Positions 1 through 12,479 of a stretch of 64,000 nucleotides of DNA are shown in pieces. Every line of letters begins with the position of its first letter. The first letter of the stretch is position 1. The translations under genes were made by a program, and so were the position numbers. This DNA is from Eledone cirrhosa. Taxonomy: Eukaryota. The stretch lies in the NCBI GenBank assembly GCA_964016885.1, contig OZ024745.1:97898001-97962000 (forward strand), in the 5' to 3' direction. A model generated the notes under the pieces. It was given only the letters and a program-made list of their open reading frames with translations. It did not search any database and had not been told where the DNA came from.

Positions 1-3000
1 GGTGGTGGTGGTGGTGGAGATGATGGTGGAGGCTGTGATAGTAGTGGTGGTGGTGGTGGTGGTGCTGGTGGTGGAGGCTGTGATAGTAGTGGTGGTGGTG
101 GTGGTGGAGATGATGGTGGAGGCTGTGATGGTAGTGATGGTGGTGGTGGAGATGATGGTGGATGCTGTGATGGTAGTGGTGGTGGTGGTGGAGATGATGG
201 TGGAGACTGTGATGGTAGTGGTGGTGGTGGTGGTGGTGGTGGTGGAGATGTTGGTGGAGGCTGTGATGGTAGTGGTGGTGGTGGTGGTGGTGGTGGTGGT
301 GGTGGAGATGTTGGTGGAGGCTGTGATGGTAGTGGTGGTGGAGGAGATGATGGTGGAGGCTGTGATGGTAGTGGTGGTGGTGGTGGTGGTGGTGGTGGAG
401 ATGTTGGTGGAGGCTGTGATGGTAGTGGTGGTGGTGGTGGTGGTGGTGGTGGTGGTGGTGGTGGTGGTGGTGGTGGTGGTGGAGATGTTGGTGGAGGCTG
501 TGATGGTAGTGGTGGTGGTGGTGGTGGTGGTGGTGGTGTTGGTGGAGATGTTGGTGGAGGCTGTGATGGTAGTGGTGGTGGTGGTGGTGGTGGTAGTGGT
601 GGTGGTGGTGGTGGTGGAGTTGATGGTGGAGGCTGTGATAGTAGTGGTGGTGGTGGTGGTGGTGGTGGTGGTGGTGGTGGTGATGATGGTGGAGGCTGTG
701 ATGGTAGTGTTGGTGGTGGTGGTGGTGGTGGTGGTGGAGATGATGGTGGAGGCTGTGATGGTAGTGGTGGTGGTGGTGGTGGTGATGATGGTGGAGGCTT
801 TGATGGTAGTGGTGGAGATGATGGTGGAGGCTGTGATGGTAGTGGTGGTGGTGGTGGAGGAGATGATGGTGGAGGCTGTGATAGTAGTGGTGGTGTTGGT
901 GGTGGTGGAGATGATGGTGGAGGCTGTGATGGTAGTGGTGGTGGTGGTGGTGATGATGGTGGAGGCTGTGATGGTAGTGGTGGTGGTGGTGCTGGTAGTA
1001 GTGGTGGTGGTGGAAATGATGGTGGAGGCTGTGATGGTAGTGGTGGTGGTGGTGGTGGTGGAGATGATGGTGGAGGCTGTGATGGTAGTGGTGGTGGTGG
1101 TGGTGGTGGAGGAGATGATGGTGGAGGCTGTGATGGTAGTGGTGGTGGTGGTGGTGGTGGAGGAGATGATGGTGGAGGCTGTGATGGTAGTGGTGGTGGT
1201 GGTGGTGGTGGAGATGATGGTGGAGGCTGTGATAGTAGTGGTGGTGGTGGTGGAGATGATGGTGGAGGCTGTGATAGTAGTGGTGGTGGTGGTGGTGGAG
1301 TTGATGGTGGAGGCTGTGATGGTAGTGGTGGTGGTGGTGGTGGTGGTGGAGGAGATGATGGTGGAGGCTGTGATGGTAGTGGTGGTGGTGGTGGTGGTGG
1401 AGATGATGGTGGAGGCTGTGATGGTAGGGGTGGTGGTGGTGGAGGAGATGATGGTGGAGGCTGTGATAGTAGTGGTGGTGGTGGTGGAGTTGATGGTGGA
1501 GGCTGTGATGGTAGTGGTGGTGGTGGTGGAGGAGATGATGGTGGAGGCTGTGATGGTAGTGGTGGTGGTGGTGGTGGTGGAGTTGATGGTGGAGGCTGTG
1601 ATGGTAGTGGTGGTGGTGGTGGTGGTGGTGGTGGAGATGATGGTGGAGGCTGTGATAGTAGTGATGGTGGTGGTGGTGGTGGTGGTGGTGGTGGTAGTAG
1701 TGGTGGTGGTGGAGATGATGGTGGAGGCTGTGATGGTAGTGGTGGTGGTGGTGGTGGTGGTGGAGATGATGGTGGAGGCTGTGATAGTAGTGGTGGTGGT
1801 GGTGGTGGAGTTGATGGTGGAGGCTGTGATGGTAGTGGTGGTGGTGGTGGTGGTGGTGGTGGAGGAGATGATGGTGGAGGCTGTGATGGTAGTGGTGGTG
1901 GTGGTGGTGGAGATGATGGTGGAGGCTGTGATAGTAGTGGTGGTGGTGGTGGAGATGATGGTGGAGGTTGTGATAGTAGTGGTGATGGTGGTGGTGGAGT
2001 TGATGGTGGAGGCTGTGATGGTAGTGGTGGTGGTGGTGGTGGTGGAGGAGATGATGGTGGAGGCTGTGATGGTAGTGGTGGTGGTGGTGGTGGTGGTGGT
2101 GGTGGTGGTGGTAGTAGTGGTGGTGGAGTTGATGGTGGAGGCTGTGATGGTAGTGGTGGTGGTGGTGGTGGAGGAGATGATGGTGGAGGCTGTGATGGTA
2201 GTGGTGGTGGTGGTGGTGGTGGAGATGATGGTGGAGGCTGTGATAGTAGTGGTGGTGGTGGTGGAGATGATGGTGGAGGCTGTGATAGTAGTGGTGGTGG
2301 TGGTGGTGGAGTTGATGGTGGAGGCTGTGATGGTAGTGGTGGTGGTGGTGGTGGTGGTGGAGGAGATGATGGTGGAGGCTGTGATGGTAGTGGTGGTGGT
2401 GGTGGTGGTGGAGATGATGGTTGAGGCTGTGATAGTAGTGGTGGTGGTGGTGGAGATGATGGTGGAGGCTGTGATAGTAGTGGTGGTGGTGGTGGAGATG
2501 ATGTTGGAGGCTGTGATAGTAGTGGTGGTGGAGGAGATGATGGTGGAGGCTGTGATGGTAGTAGTGGTGGTGGTGGTGGTGGAGATGATGGTGGAGGCTG
2601 TGATGGTAGTGGTGGTGGTGGTGGTGGAGATGATGGTGGAGGCTGTGATGGTAGTGGTGGTGGTGGTGGAGATGATGGTGGAGGCTGTGATAGTAGTGGT
2701 GGTGGTGGTGGTGGAGATGATGGTGGAGGCTGTGATGGTAGTGATGGTGGTGGTGGTGGAGATGATGGTGGAGGCTGTGATGGTTATGGTGGTGGTGGTG
2801 GTGGTGGAGATGATGGTGGAGGCTGTGATGGTAGTGGTGGTGGTGGTGGTGGTGGAGATGATGGTGGAGGCTATGATGGTAGTGGTGGTGGTGGTGGTGG
2901 AGATGATGGTGGAGGCTGTGATGGTTATGGTGGTGGTGGTGGTGGTGGAGATGATGGTGGAGGCTGTGATGGTTATGGTGGTGGTGGTGGTGGTGGAGAT

Positions 3001-6000
3001 GATGGTGGAGGCTGTGATGGTAGTAGTGGTGGTGGTGGTGGAGATGATGGTGGAGGCTGTGATGGTTATGGTGGTGGTGGTGGAGATGATGGTGGAGGCT
3101 GTGATAGTAGTGGTGGTGGTGGTGGTGGTGGAGATGATGGTGGAGGCTGTGTTGGTAGTGGTGGTGGTGGTGGTGGAGATGATGGTGGAGGCTGTGATGG
3201 TTATGGTGGTGGTGGTGGTGGAGATGATGGTGGAGGCTGTGATGGTAGTGGTGGTGGTGGTGGTGGAGGCTGTGATGGTAGTGGTGGTGGTGGTGGTGGT
3301 GGTGGAGATGATGGTGGAGGCTGTGATGGTAGTGGTGGTGATGATGGTGGAGGCTGTGATGGTAGTGGTGGTGGTGGTGGTGGAGGAGATGATGGTGGAG
3401 GCTGTGATGTTAGTGGTGGTGGTGGTGGTGGTGGAGATGATGGTGGAGGCTGTGATGGTAGTGGTGGTGGTGGTGGTGGTGGAGATGATGGTCGAGGCTG
3501 TGATGGTAGTGGTGGTGGTGGTGGTGGAGGAGATGATGGTGGAGGCTGTGATGGTAGTGGTGGTGGTGGTGGTGGTGGTGGTGGTGGAGATGATGGTGGA
3601 GGCTGTGATGGTAGTGGTGGTGGTGGTGGAGGAGATGATGGTGGAGGCTGTGATGGTAGTGGTGGTGGTGGTGGTGGTGGTGGAGATGATGGTGGAGGCT
3701 GTGATGGTAGTGGTGGTGGTGGTGGTGGTGGAGATGATGGTGGAGGCTGTGATGGTAGTGGTGGTGGTGGTGGTGGAGGAGATGATGGTGGAGGCTGTGA
3801 TGGTAGTGGTGGTGGTGGAGGAGATGATGGTGGAGGCTGTGATGGTAGTGGTGGTGGTGGTGGTGGTGGAGATGATGGTGGAGGCTGTGATAGTAGTGGT
3901 GGTGGTGGTGGAGATGATGGTGGAGGCTGTGATAGTAGTGGTGGTGGTGGTGGTGGAGTTGATGGTGGAGGCTGTGATGGTAGTGGTGGTGGTGGTGGTG
4001 GTGGTGGAGGAGATGATGGTGGAGGCTGTGATGGTAGTGGTGGTGGTGGTGGTGGTGGAGATGATGGTGGAGGCTGTGATGGTAGGGGTGGTGGTGGTGG
4101 AGGAGATGATGGTGGAGGCTGTGATAGTAGTGGTGGTGGTGGTGGAGTTGATGGTGGAGGCTGTGATGGTAGTGGTGGTGGTGGTGGTGCTGGTGGAGTT
4201 GATGGTGGAGGCTGTGATGGTAGTGGTGGTGGTGGTGGAGGAGATGATGGTGGAGGCTGTGATGGTAGTGGTGGTGGTGGTGGTGGTGGAGTTGATGGTG
4301 GAGGCTGTGATGGTAGTGGTGGTGGTGGTGGTGGTGGTGGTGGAGATGATGGTGGAGGCTGTGATAGTAGTGATGGTGGTGGTGGTGGTGGTGGTGGTGG
4401 TGGTAGTAGTGGTGGTGGTGGAGATGATGGTGGAGGCTGTGATAGTAGTGGTGGTGGTGGTGGTGGAGTTGATGGTGGAGGCTGTGATGGTAGTGGTGGT
4501 GGTGGTGGTGGTGGAGGAGATGATGGTGGAGGCTGTGATGGTAGTGGTGGGGTGGTGGTGGAGATGATGGTGGAGGCTGTGATAGTAGTGGTGGTGGTGG
4601 TGGAGATGATGGTGGAGGTTGTGATAGTAGTGGTGATGGTGGTGGTGGAGTTGATGGTGGAGGCTGTGATGGTAGTGGTGGTGGTGGTGGTGGTGGAGGA
4701 GATGATGGTGGAGGCTGTGATGGTAGTGGTGGTGGTGGTGGTGGTGGTGGTGGTGGTGGTGGTGGTAGTAGTGGTGGTGGAGTTGATGGTGGAGGCTGTG
4801 ATGGTAGTGGTGGTGGTGGTGGAGGAGATGATGGTGGAGGCTGTGATGGTAGTGGTGGTGGTGGTGGTGGTGGAGATGATGGTGGAGGCTGTGATAGTAG
4901 TGGTGGTGGTGGTGGAGATGATGGTGGAGGCTGTGATAGTAGTGGTGGTGGTGGTGGTGGAGTTGATGGTGGAGGTGGTGATGGTAGTGGTGGTGGTGGT
5001 GGTGGTGGTGGAGGAGATGATGGTGGAGGCTGTGATGGTAGTGGTGGTGGTGGTGGTGGTGGAGATGATGGTGGAGGCTGTGATAGTAGTGGTGGTGGTG
5101 GTGGAGATGATGGTGGAGGCTGTGATAGTAGTGGTGGTGGTGGTGGAGATGATGTTGGAGGCTGTGATAGTAGTGGTGGGGGTGGTGGAGGAGATGATGG
5201 TGGAGGCTGTGATGGTAGTAGTGGTGGTGGTGGTGGTGGAGATGATGGTGGAGGCTGTGATGGTAGTGGTGGTGGTGGTGGTGGAGATGATGGTGGAGGC
5301 TGTGATGGTAGTGGTGGTGGTGGTGGAGATGATGGTGGAGGCTGTGATAGTAGTGGTGGTGGTGGTGGTGGAGATGATGGTGGAGGCTGTGATAGTAGTG
5401 GTGGTGGTGGTGGTGGAGATGATGGTGGAGGCTGTGATGGTAGTGATGGTGGTGGTGGTGGAGATGATGGTGGAGGCTGTGATGGTTATGGTGGTGGTGG
5501 TGGTGGTGGAGATGATGGTGGAGGCTGTGATGGTAGTGGTGGTGGTGGTGGTGGTGGAGATGATGGTGGAGGCTATGATGGTAGTGGTGGTGGTGGTGGT
5601 GGAGATGATGGTGGAGGCTGTGATGGTTATGGTGGTGGTGGTGGTGGTGGAGATGATGGTGGAGGCCGTGATGGTTATGGTGGTGGTGGTGGTGGTGGAG
5701 ATGATGGTGGAGGCTGTGATGGTAGTAGTGGTGGTGGTGGTGGAGATGATGGTGGAGGCTGTGATGGTTATGGTGGTGGTGGTGGAGATGATGGTGGAGG
5801 CTGTGATAGTAGTGGTGGTGGTGGTGGTGGTGGAGATGATGGTGGAGGCTGTGTTGGTAGTGGTGGTGGTGGTGGTGGAGATGATGGTGGAGGCTGTGAT
5901 GGTTATGGTGGTGGTGGTGGTGGAGATGATGGTGGAGGCTGTGATGGTAGTGGTGGTGGTGGTGGTGGAGGCTGTGATGGTAGTGGTGGTGGTGGTGGTG

Positions 6001-7709
6001 GTGGAGATGATGGTGGAGGCTGTGATGGTAGTGGTGGTGATGATGGTGGAGGCTGTGATGGTAGTGGTGGTGGTGGTGGTGGAGGAGATGATGGTGGAGG
6101 CTGTGATGTTAGTGGTGGTGGTGGTGGTGGTGGTGGAGATGATGGTGGAGGCTGTGATGGTAGTGGTGGTGGTGGTGGTGGTGGAGGAGATGATGGTGGA
6201 GGCTGTGATGGTAGTGGTGGTGGTGGTGGTGGTGGTGGAGATGATGGTGGAGGCTGTGATGGTAGTGGTGGTGCTGGTGGTGGAGGAGATGATGGTGGAG
6301 GCTGTGATGGTAGTGGTGGTGGTGGTGGTGGTGGTGGAGATGATGGTCGAGGCTGTGATGGTAGTGGTGGTGGTGGTGGTGGAGGAGATGATGGTGGAGG
6401 CTGTGATGGTAGTGGTGGTGGTGGTGGTGGTGGTGGAGATGATGGTGGAGGCTGTGATGGTAGTGGTGGTGGTGGTGGTGGAGGAGATGATGGTGGAGGC
6501 TGTGATGGTAGTGGTGGTGGTGGTGGTGGTGGTGGAGATGATGGTGGAGGCTGTGATGGTAGTGGTGGTGGTGGTGGTGGAGGCTGTGATGGTAGTGGTG
6601 GTGGTGGTGGTGGTGGAGATGATGGTGGAGGCTGTGATGGTAGTGGTGGTGATGATGGTGGAGGCTGTGATGGTAGTGGTGGTGGTGGTGGTGGAGGAGA
6701 TGATGGTGGAGGCTGTGATGTTAGTGGTGGTGGTGGTGGTGGTGGTGGAGATGATGGTGGAGGCTGTGATGGTAGTGGTGGTGGTGGTGGTGGAGGAGAT
6801 GATGGTGGAGGCTGTGATGGTAGTGGTGGTGGTGGTGGTGGTGGTGGAGATGATGGTGGAGGCTGTGATGGTAGTGGTGGTGCTGGTGGTGGAGGAGATG
6901 ATGGTGGAGGCTGTGATGGTAGTGGTGGTGGTGGTGGTGGTGGTGGAGATGATGGTCGAGGCTGTGATGGTAGTGGTGGTGGTGGTGGTGGAGGAGATGA
7001 TGGTGGAGGCTGTGATGGTAGTGGTGGTGGTGGTGGTGGTGGTGGAGATGATGGTGGAGGCTGTGATGGTAGTGGTGGTGGTGGTGGTGGAGGAGATGAT
7101 GGTGGAGGCTGTGATGGTAGTGGTGGTGGTGGTGGTGGTGGTGGTGGAGATGATGGTGGAGGCTGTGATGGTAGTGGTGGTGGTGGTGGTGGTGGAGATG
7201 ATGGTGGAGGCTGTGATGGTAGTGGTGGTGGTGGTGGTGGAGATGATGGTGGAGGCTGTGATGGTAGTGATGGTGGTGGTGGTGGAGGAGATGATGGTGG
7301 AGGCTGTGATGGTAGTGGTGGTGGTGGTGGTGGTGGTGGTGGTGGTGGTGGTGGAGATGATGGTGGAGGCTGTGATGGTAGTGGTGGTGGTGGTGGTGGT
7401 GGAGATGATGGTGGAGGCTGTGATGGTAGTGGTGGTGGTGGTGGTGGAGGAGATGATGGTGGAGGCTGTGATGGTAGTGGTGGTGGTGGTGGTGGTGGAG
7501 ATGATGGTGGAGGCTGTGATGGTAGTGGTGGTGGTGGTGGTGATGATGGTGGAGGCTGTGATGGTAGTGGTGGTGGTGGTGGTGGAGTTGATGGTTGAGG
7601 CTGTGATGGTAGTGGTGGTGGTGGTGGAGATGATGGTGGAGGCTGTGATAGTAGTGGTGGTGGTGGTGGTGGTGGTGGTGGTGGTGGTGGTGGTGGTGGT
7701 GGTGGTGGT
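1..7709. repeat. GGT-rich compound minisatellite, unit GAGATGATGGTGGAGGCTGTGATGGTAGTG+(GTG)n, continues past the left window edge
   Basis: Directly visible tandem unit with a variable (GTG)n tract. The poly-Val and poly-His ORFs are translations of this repeat. A 1-nt phase shift occurs near 4550. Confidence 0.97.
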
Positions 7710-7747
7710 TGGGAAATCGATGTAGGCGATGTAGGTGATGATAGTAA

Positions 7748-7947
7748 TAGATTGGTAGAATTGTTAGAGCTTTGGACGCGATACTTTGCACATTTGTTCC
7801 AGTTCTTTGCGCCCTAAGTTCAAATCCAACCTCGATCAATTTTACTTTTGATCCTTCTGGGGTCGATAAAATTAAGTACCAGTTCAATACCGTATTCCCC
7901 TCGCCCAAAATTGTTGGCCTTGTGCCTAAATTCGAAACCAATATTGT
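7748..7947 (+). mobile_element. Degenerate tRNA-derived SINE (family with GCCTTTCATCC-GGTCGATAAA-AGTACCAG body)
   Basis: A-box-like TTGGTAGAATTG, B-box-like AGTTCAAATCC, body GATCCTTCTGGGGTCGATAAAATTAAGTACCAG and tail GGCCTTGTGCCTAAA; matches the better copies at 51260, 53631 and 57668. Confidence 0.8.
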
Positions 7948-8375
7948 TATTGTTGTTGTTTAAACATCAGGTCAGCACTGGTTCAGATGGTTTAGGATCG
8001 AAGACATTCCATTAGTGACCATCCCATCTGTTTTCTACTTGCAAAAAAAAAACAACAAACAAGCAGGAAAAAACCCCCAATAGATCACACATCCAATGCG
8101 TCTATTTGCTAAAACACTCGCCCTTCAATTTGAGGGAGATTTAGCTGCTATATATTTTGTAGCAAGTTGAGCTACTACGTAGAGTGTCGTGTTCTTATCC
8201 GTTATTGTTGTCGTTGTTGAAGTTGGTGGTGGTGGTAGTAATAGCAGTGGTGGTGTAACACATACAAAGATAGTAATTTAAAATGTGCACGTCCCAAAGC
8301 AAATGATCATAGTAATAGTCGGTCACTATAAATAGTAGTAGTTAAAATTGGGTAAAGTAACCCCTAGAGACGAAG

Positions 8376-9245
8376 GCAGGTACCTCAGCCAACTGGGTTC
8401 CGTCTTCAGGGTACCTTTCTCGATTTTATTAACTAATATTTTTACTGATCAACTATTATTATAGTCATTTGCGTTAGGACGCACACATTTCAAAATTCGA
8501 ATTCTTCTCTCCTTAAATCACGAGTTATTTAAATAGATATAGTAAATTTGCATTTGTTAATATGCAGGCAACCCAGCTCCGTCTCCAGGGGGTACCTCTC
8601 CCGATTTTCCCAACTGATTTTTTATTTATTTATTTTATTTATTTATTATTTTTTTTTTAATTGAACAACTATTATCATGGTCATTTACGTTAGGACGCAC
8701 ACATTTCAAAATTCGAATTTTTCCGAATGCTCCTTAAATCACGAGTTATTTAAATAAATATAGTAAATTTGCATTTGTTAATATGCAGGCAACCCAGCTC
8801 CGTCTCCAGGGGGTACCTCTCCCGATTTTCCCAACTGATTTATTTATTTATTTATTTTATTTATTTTATTTATTTATTTATTTTTTTTTAATGAACAACT
8901 ATTATTATGGTCATTTACGTTAGGACGCACGTATTTCAAAATTCGAATTTTTCCGAATGCTCCTTAAATCACGAGTTATTTAAATAAATATAGTAAATTT
9001 GCATTTGTTAATATGCAGGCAACCCAGCTCCGTCTCCAGGGGGTACCTCTCCCGATTTTCCCAACTGATTTATTTATTTATTTATTTTATTTATTTTATT
9101 TATTTATTTATTTTTTTTTAATGAACAACTATTATTATGGTCATTTACGTTAGGACGCACGTATTTCAAAATTCGAATTTTTTCCGAATGCTCCTTAAAT
9201 CACGAGTTATTTAAATAAATATAGTAAATTTGCATTTGTTAATAT
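8376..9245. repeat. Tandem repeat, 4 copies of a ~190-230 bp unit with an internal (TTTA)n tract
   Basis: Units start at about 8376, 8564, 8785 and 9015 (GCAGGCAACCCAGCTCCGTCTCCAGGGGGTACC...GCATTTGTTAATAT). The last two are nearly identical; the first is more diverged. Confidence 0.95.
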
Positions 9246-9575
9246 GTTCGACGGAATCTGGAAAGGCAGTGAAGGCGAGGATCAATTTAAGAGGGCACAC
9301 TGACCTGCTGTAACATCTGGTACACTTTGACCATGTTCTTAGTACAGGTAACCGTTCAAACTGACATTGGAATACAGCTTAAGTGTTAGGCTGACTCTCT
9401 AGAGACTGCAAGCCTGAAAAACAGAAGCAAGAACGAACGTGTAAGTAGTGACAGTGAGTGTAGAGTGAGAGTTAGAGTGAGAGAATGAGTGAAGGATGAG
9501 GTTATCGGGGGAGGGGAGACGACGAGTGAGTGAGGCATGCAATAAATTTGGTCGGGCGGGGGAGAGACAGATAAA

Positions 9576-10097
<522 letters not shown>

Positions 10098-10219
10098 AAT
10101 GTAGAGAATAAGAGAAAAAAAACAGTATAAGAGAAGACGGGTGTGTTTGTAGAGGGAGGGGGAGAGGGAAAGCGAAGACGTGTTTGTGTGTCTGTGTGTA
10201 AGTTAGATAGAAAGAAATA

Positions 10220-10678
10220 TTGTGTGTGCGTGTGTGTGTCTGTGTGTGTGCGTGTGTGAGTCTGTCTGCGCGCGCCTGTGTGTTGTCTACAAGTTCTGGG
10301 TGCAGAGGAAGTTGTATATTTTATGTATGTATGTATGTATGTATGTATGTATGTATGTATGTATGTATGTATGTATGTATGTATGTGTGTATGTATGTGT
10401 GTGTGTATGTATGTATGTATGTATGTATGTATGTGTGTGTGTGTATGTGTTTGTGTGTGTGCGTATGTATGTATGTATGTAGGTATGTGTGTGTATGTAT
10501 GTATGTATGTATGTATGTGTGTGTATCTATGTATGTATGTATGTATGTATGTATGTATGTATGTATGTGTGTGTATGTGTATGTATGTATGTATGTATGT
10601 ATGTATGTATGTATGTATGTATGTATGTATGTATGTGTGTGTGTATGTGTGTGTGTATGTGTATGTGTGTGTGTGTAG
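10220..10678. repeat. (TG)n/(TATG)n microsatellite
   Basis: Directly visible. Confidence 0.95.
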
Positions 10679-11000
10679 CTCTTAGAAATAAACAGACGGG
10701 GGAGTGAATGAGAGAAAAAGAGATGTGATGTGAAAGAGGAGTGAGTGAGACCCTGAGTATGAGTGTGAGTGAGAGTGAGAGTGAATCGTTTGATTGAGTG
10801 TATATGTGGACGCTATATATAGAGAGAGAGTTAGTGTTGGTTTATATAGACATCTGTATGAGTGGAAGGGTGGACAGGTCAGTGAATGTTTTAGAGTACA
10901 CGTGTGGACAGAGTGTGTATATGTGTAAAACAGTAGGGTAGAATGTGTGTGAACATATGTGTGTGTATGAGTGGAAGAAAAATGTATGACACACATAGAC

Positions 11001-11047
<47 letters not shown>

Positions 11048-11082
11048 CGATATTAAGAAATGGAAACTATATTTATAAAACC

Positions 11083-11158
11083 ATATTTATTTCATTATAT
11101 ATATTTCAAGGATACCAAGTTAAATTATGGTATGCCTTCATCAGACAAAATACAATAT
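11083..11158 (-). ncRNA. Minimal type I hammerhead ribozyme motif (Penelope-like pLTR family 3, copy 1; element ~11045-11166)
   Basis: Minus strand reads TATTTTGT-CTGATGA-AGGCATACCA TAATTTAACT TGGTATCCTT-GAAA-TATATA-TA-ATGAAATA: stem I pairs with two G-U, intact core, ~9-bp stem II, palindromic minimal stem III, UA cleavage site (11096/11095). Manual fold only. Confidence 0.72.
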
Positions 11159-11226
11159 ATACCAGTTTTATAAATAAACATTGACGTACCCTTTCAAAAT
11201 GCAACCGTTACTTTTGGAAGACATCA

Positions 11227-11285
<59 letters not shown>

Positions 11286-11287
<2 letters not shown>

Positions 11288-11409
11288 GTGAAATTCGGTT
11301 ATAACGAAATTCACAAGGTATAGAAAAAAATTCGTTGTAACGAAAAATTCGTTATAACGGAATTTTTCGTTACATATATATATATATATATATAAATATA
11401 AATTCACTG
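11286..11409. mobile_element. Possible pogo/Tigger-type MITE remnant
   Basis: Starts CAGTGAAATTCGGTTATAACG, has repeated TTCGTTATAACG-type subterminal motifs, and ends in a short inverted AATTCACTG; interrupted by (TA)n. Confidence 0.45.
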
Positions 11410-11593
11410 AGAATCGTATTTCGGCTGGTAGAAAAAGCGAAACGAAACGCAATACGTAGAAATGCTGGCAAGCGCCTCAATAGTGGTCAAGAAGGCATTA
11501 ACCACCTAAGCCAAATAAAAACAAATCAAGCTAAACAGGTCAAACAAAATAAATGATAAATATATATATATATATAATATAATATAATATAAT

Positions 11594-11631
<38 letters not shown>

Positions 11632-11634
<3 letters not shown>

Positions 11635-11995
11635 CAAGTTTAATATAGAAATGGCTTTTACATGAATAGAACTGTTTTATTCAAAAGAATATATAAAATT
11701 GTTTCTATTTTTGGCACAAGGCCAGCAATTATCCAGTACATTACTGGTACTTTATTTTATCGACCCCGTAAGAATGAAAGGCAAAGTTAACCTCGGCGGG
11801 ATTTGAACTCAGATCATAAAGGGACGTAACTCTATGCTTCAAAGCATGGTGTCCGACTCTCTACCGATACTGCCAAATATATAATGAAACAGTTCTAGTC
11901 CTGTAAAAGTCGTTTCTATATAAATTTAAGATACTTATAGTCTCCCAACTTTGTTTAACTGTGGTAGCCTCTCGACCCCCTTCGGGAATCTACCT
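11632..11995. mobile_element. Penelope-like family 2 fold-back remnant, interrupted by a SINE
   Basis: Inverted arms ATATAGAAATGGCTTTTACATGAATAGAACTGTTTTATT (~11643-11681) and AATGAAACAGTTCTAGTCCTGTAAAAGTCGTTTCTATAT (~11884-11921). The right flank is similar to the reverse complement of 61045-61080. Confidence 0.65.
11697..11876 (-). mobile_element. tRNA-derived SINE, near full length
   Basis: Reverse complement of TGGCAGTATCGGTAGAG...GAGTTCAAATCCCGCCGAGGTTAACTTTGCCTTTCAT...GGTCGATAAAATAAAGTACCAG...GGCCTTGTGCC. Confidence 0.9.
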
Positions 11996-12037
11996 ATTAT
12001 ATATAATTGTTTCTACTATAATTATATATATATATAT

Positions 12038-12093
12038 AATTGTTTCTACTTTAGGCACAAGGCCAGCAATCACCCAGTGCATTACTGGTACTT

Positions 12094-12100
<7 letters not shown>
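12038..12100 (-). mobile_element. SINE 3' fragment
   Basis: TTGTTTCTACTTTAGGCACAAGGCCAGCAAT...CATTACTGGTACTTTATTTTA, same family as 11697-11876. Confidence 0.8.
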
Positions 12101-12126
<26 letters not shown>

Positions 12127-12152
12127 ATGTGTATGTGTGTCTAAAAGTGAGC

Positions 12153-12211
12153 GTAGTAGCAGCAGAGCAACAACAGCAGCAGCAGCAGCAGCAGTAGTAG
12201 CAGCAGCACCT

Positions 12212-12265
<54 letters not shown>

Positions 12266-12460
12266 ACTGTAGCAGTAGTAACAGCAGCAGAAGTAGTAAT
12301 ACGTAGTAGTATCAGTAATAGTAGTAGTAGCAATGATAACAGCAGCAACAATAGCAGTAGTAGTAGTTACAGCAGCAGCAGCAGCAGCAGTAGTAGCAGC
12401 AGCAGCAGCTGTGGTAGAAGCACTAGCAGCAGTAGAAGTAGTAGTAGCAGTAGCAGAAGC
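12153..12460. repeat. (AGC)n/(AGT)n triplet microsatellite
   Basis: Directly visible. Confidence 0.9.
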
Positions 12461-12479
12461 TTGTCCTCGCACGTACAAG

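Noticed and set aside
2-7941. Poly-Val and poly-His ORFs
   Set aside because: Translations of the GGT minisatellite; the unique N-terminus of the His-rich ORF is antisense SINE sequence.
8376-9245. CRISPR-like or retrozyme array
   Set aside because: Whole units are repeated with no unique spacers, the context is eukaryotic, and no CTGANGA/GAAA hammerhead arrangement was seen.
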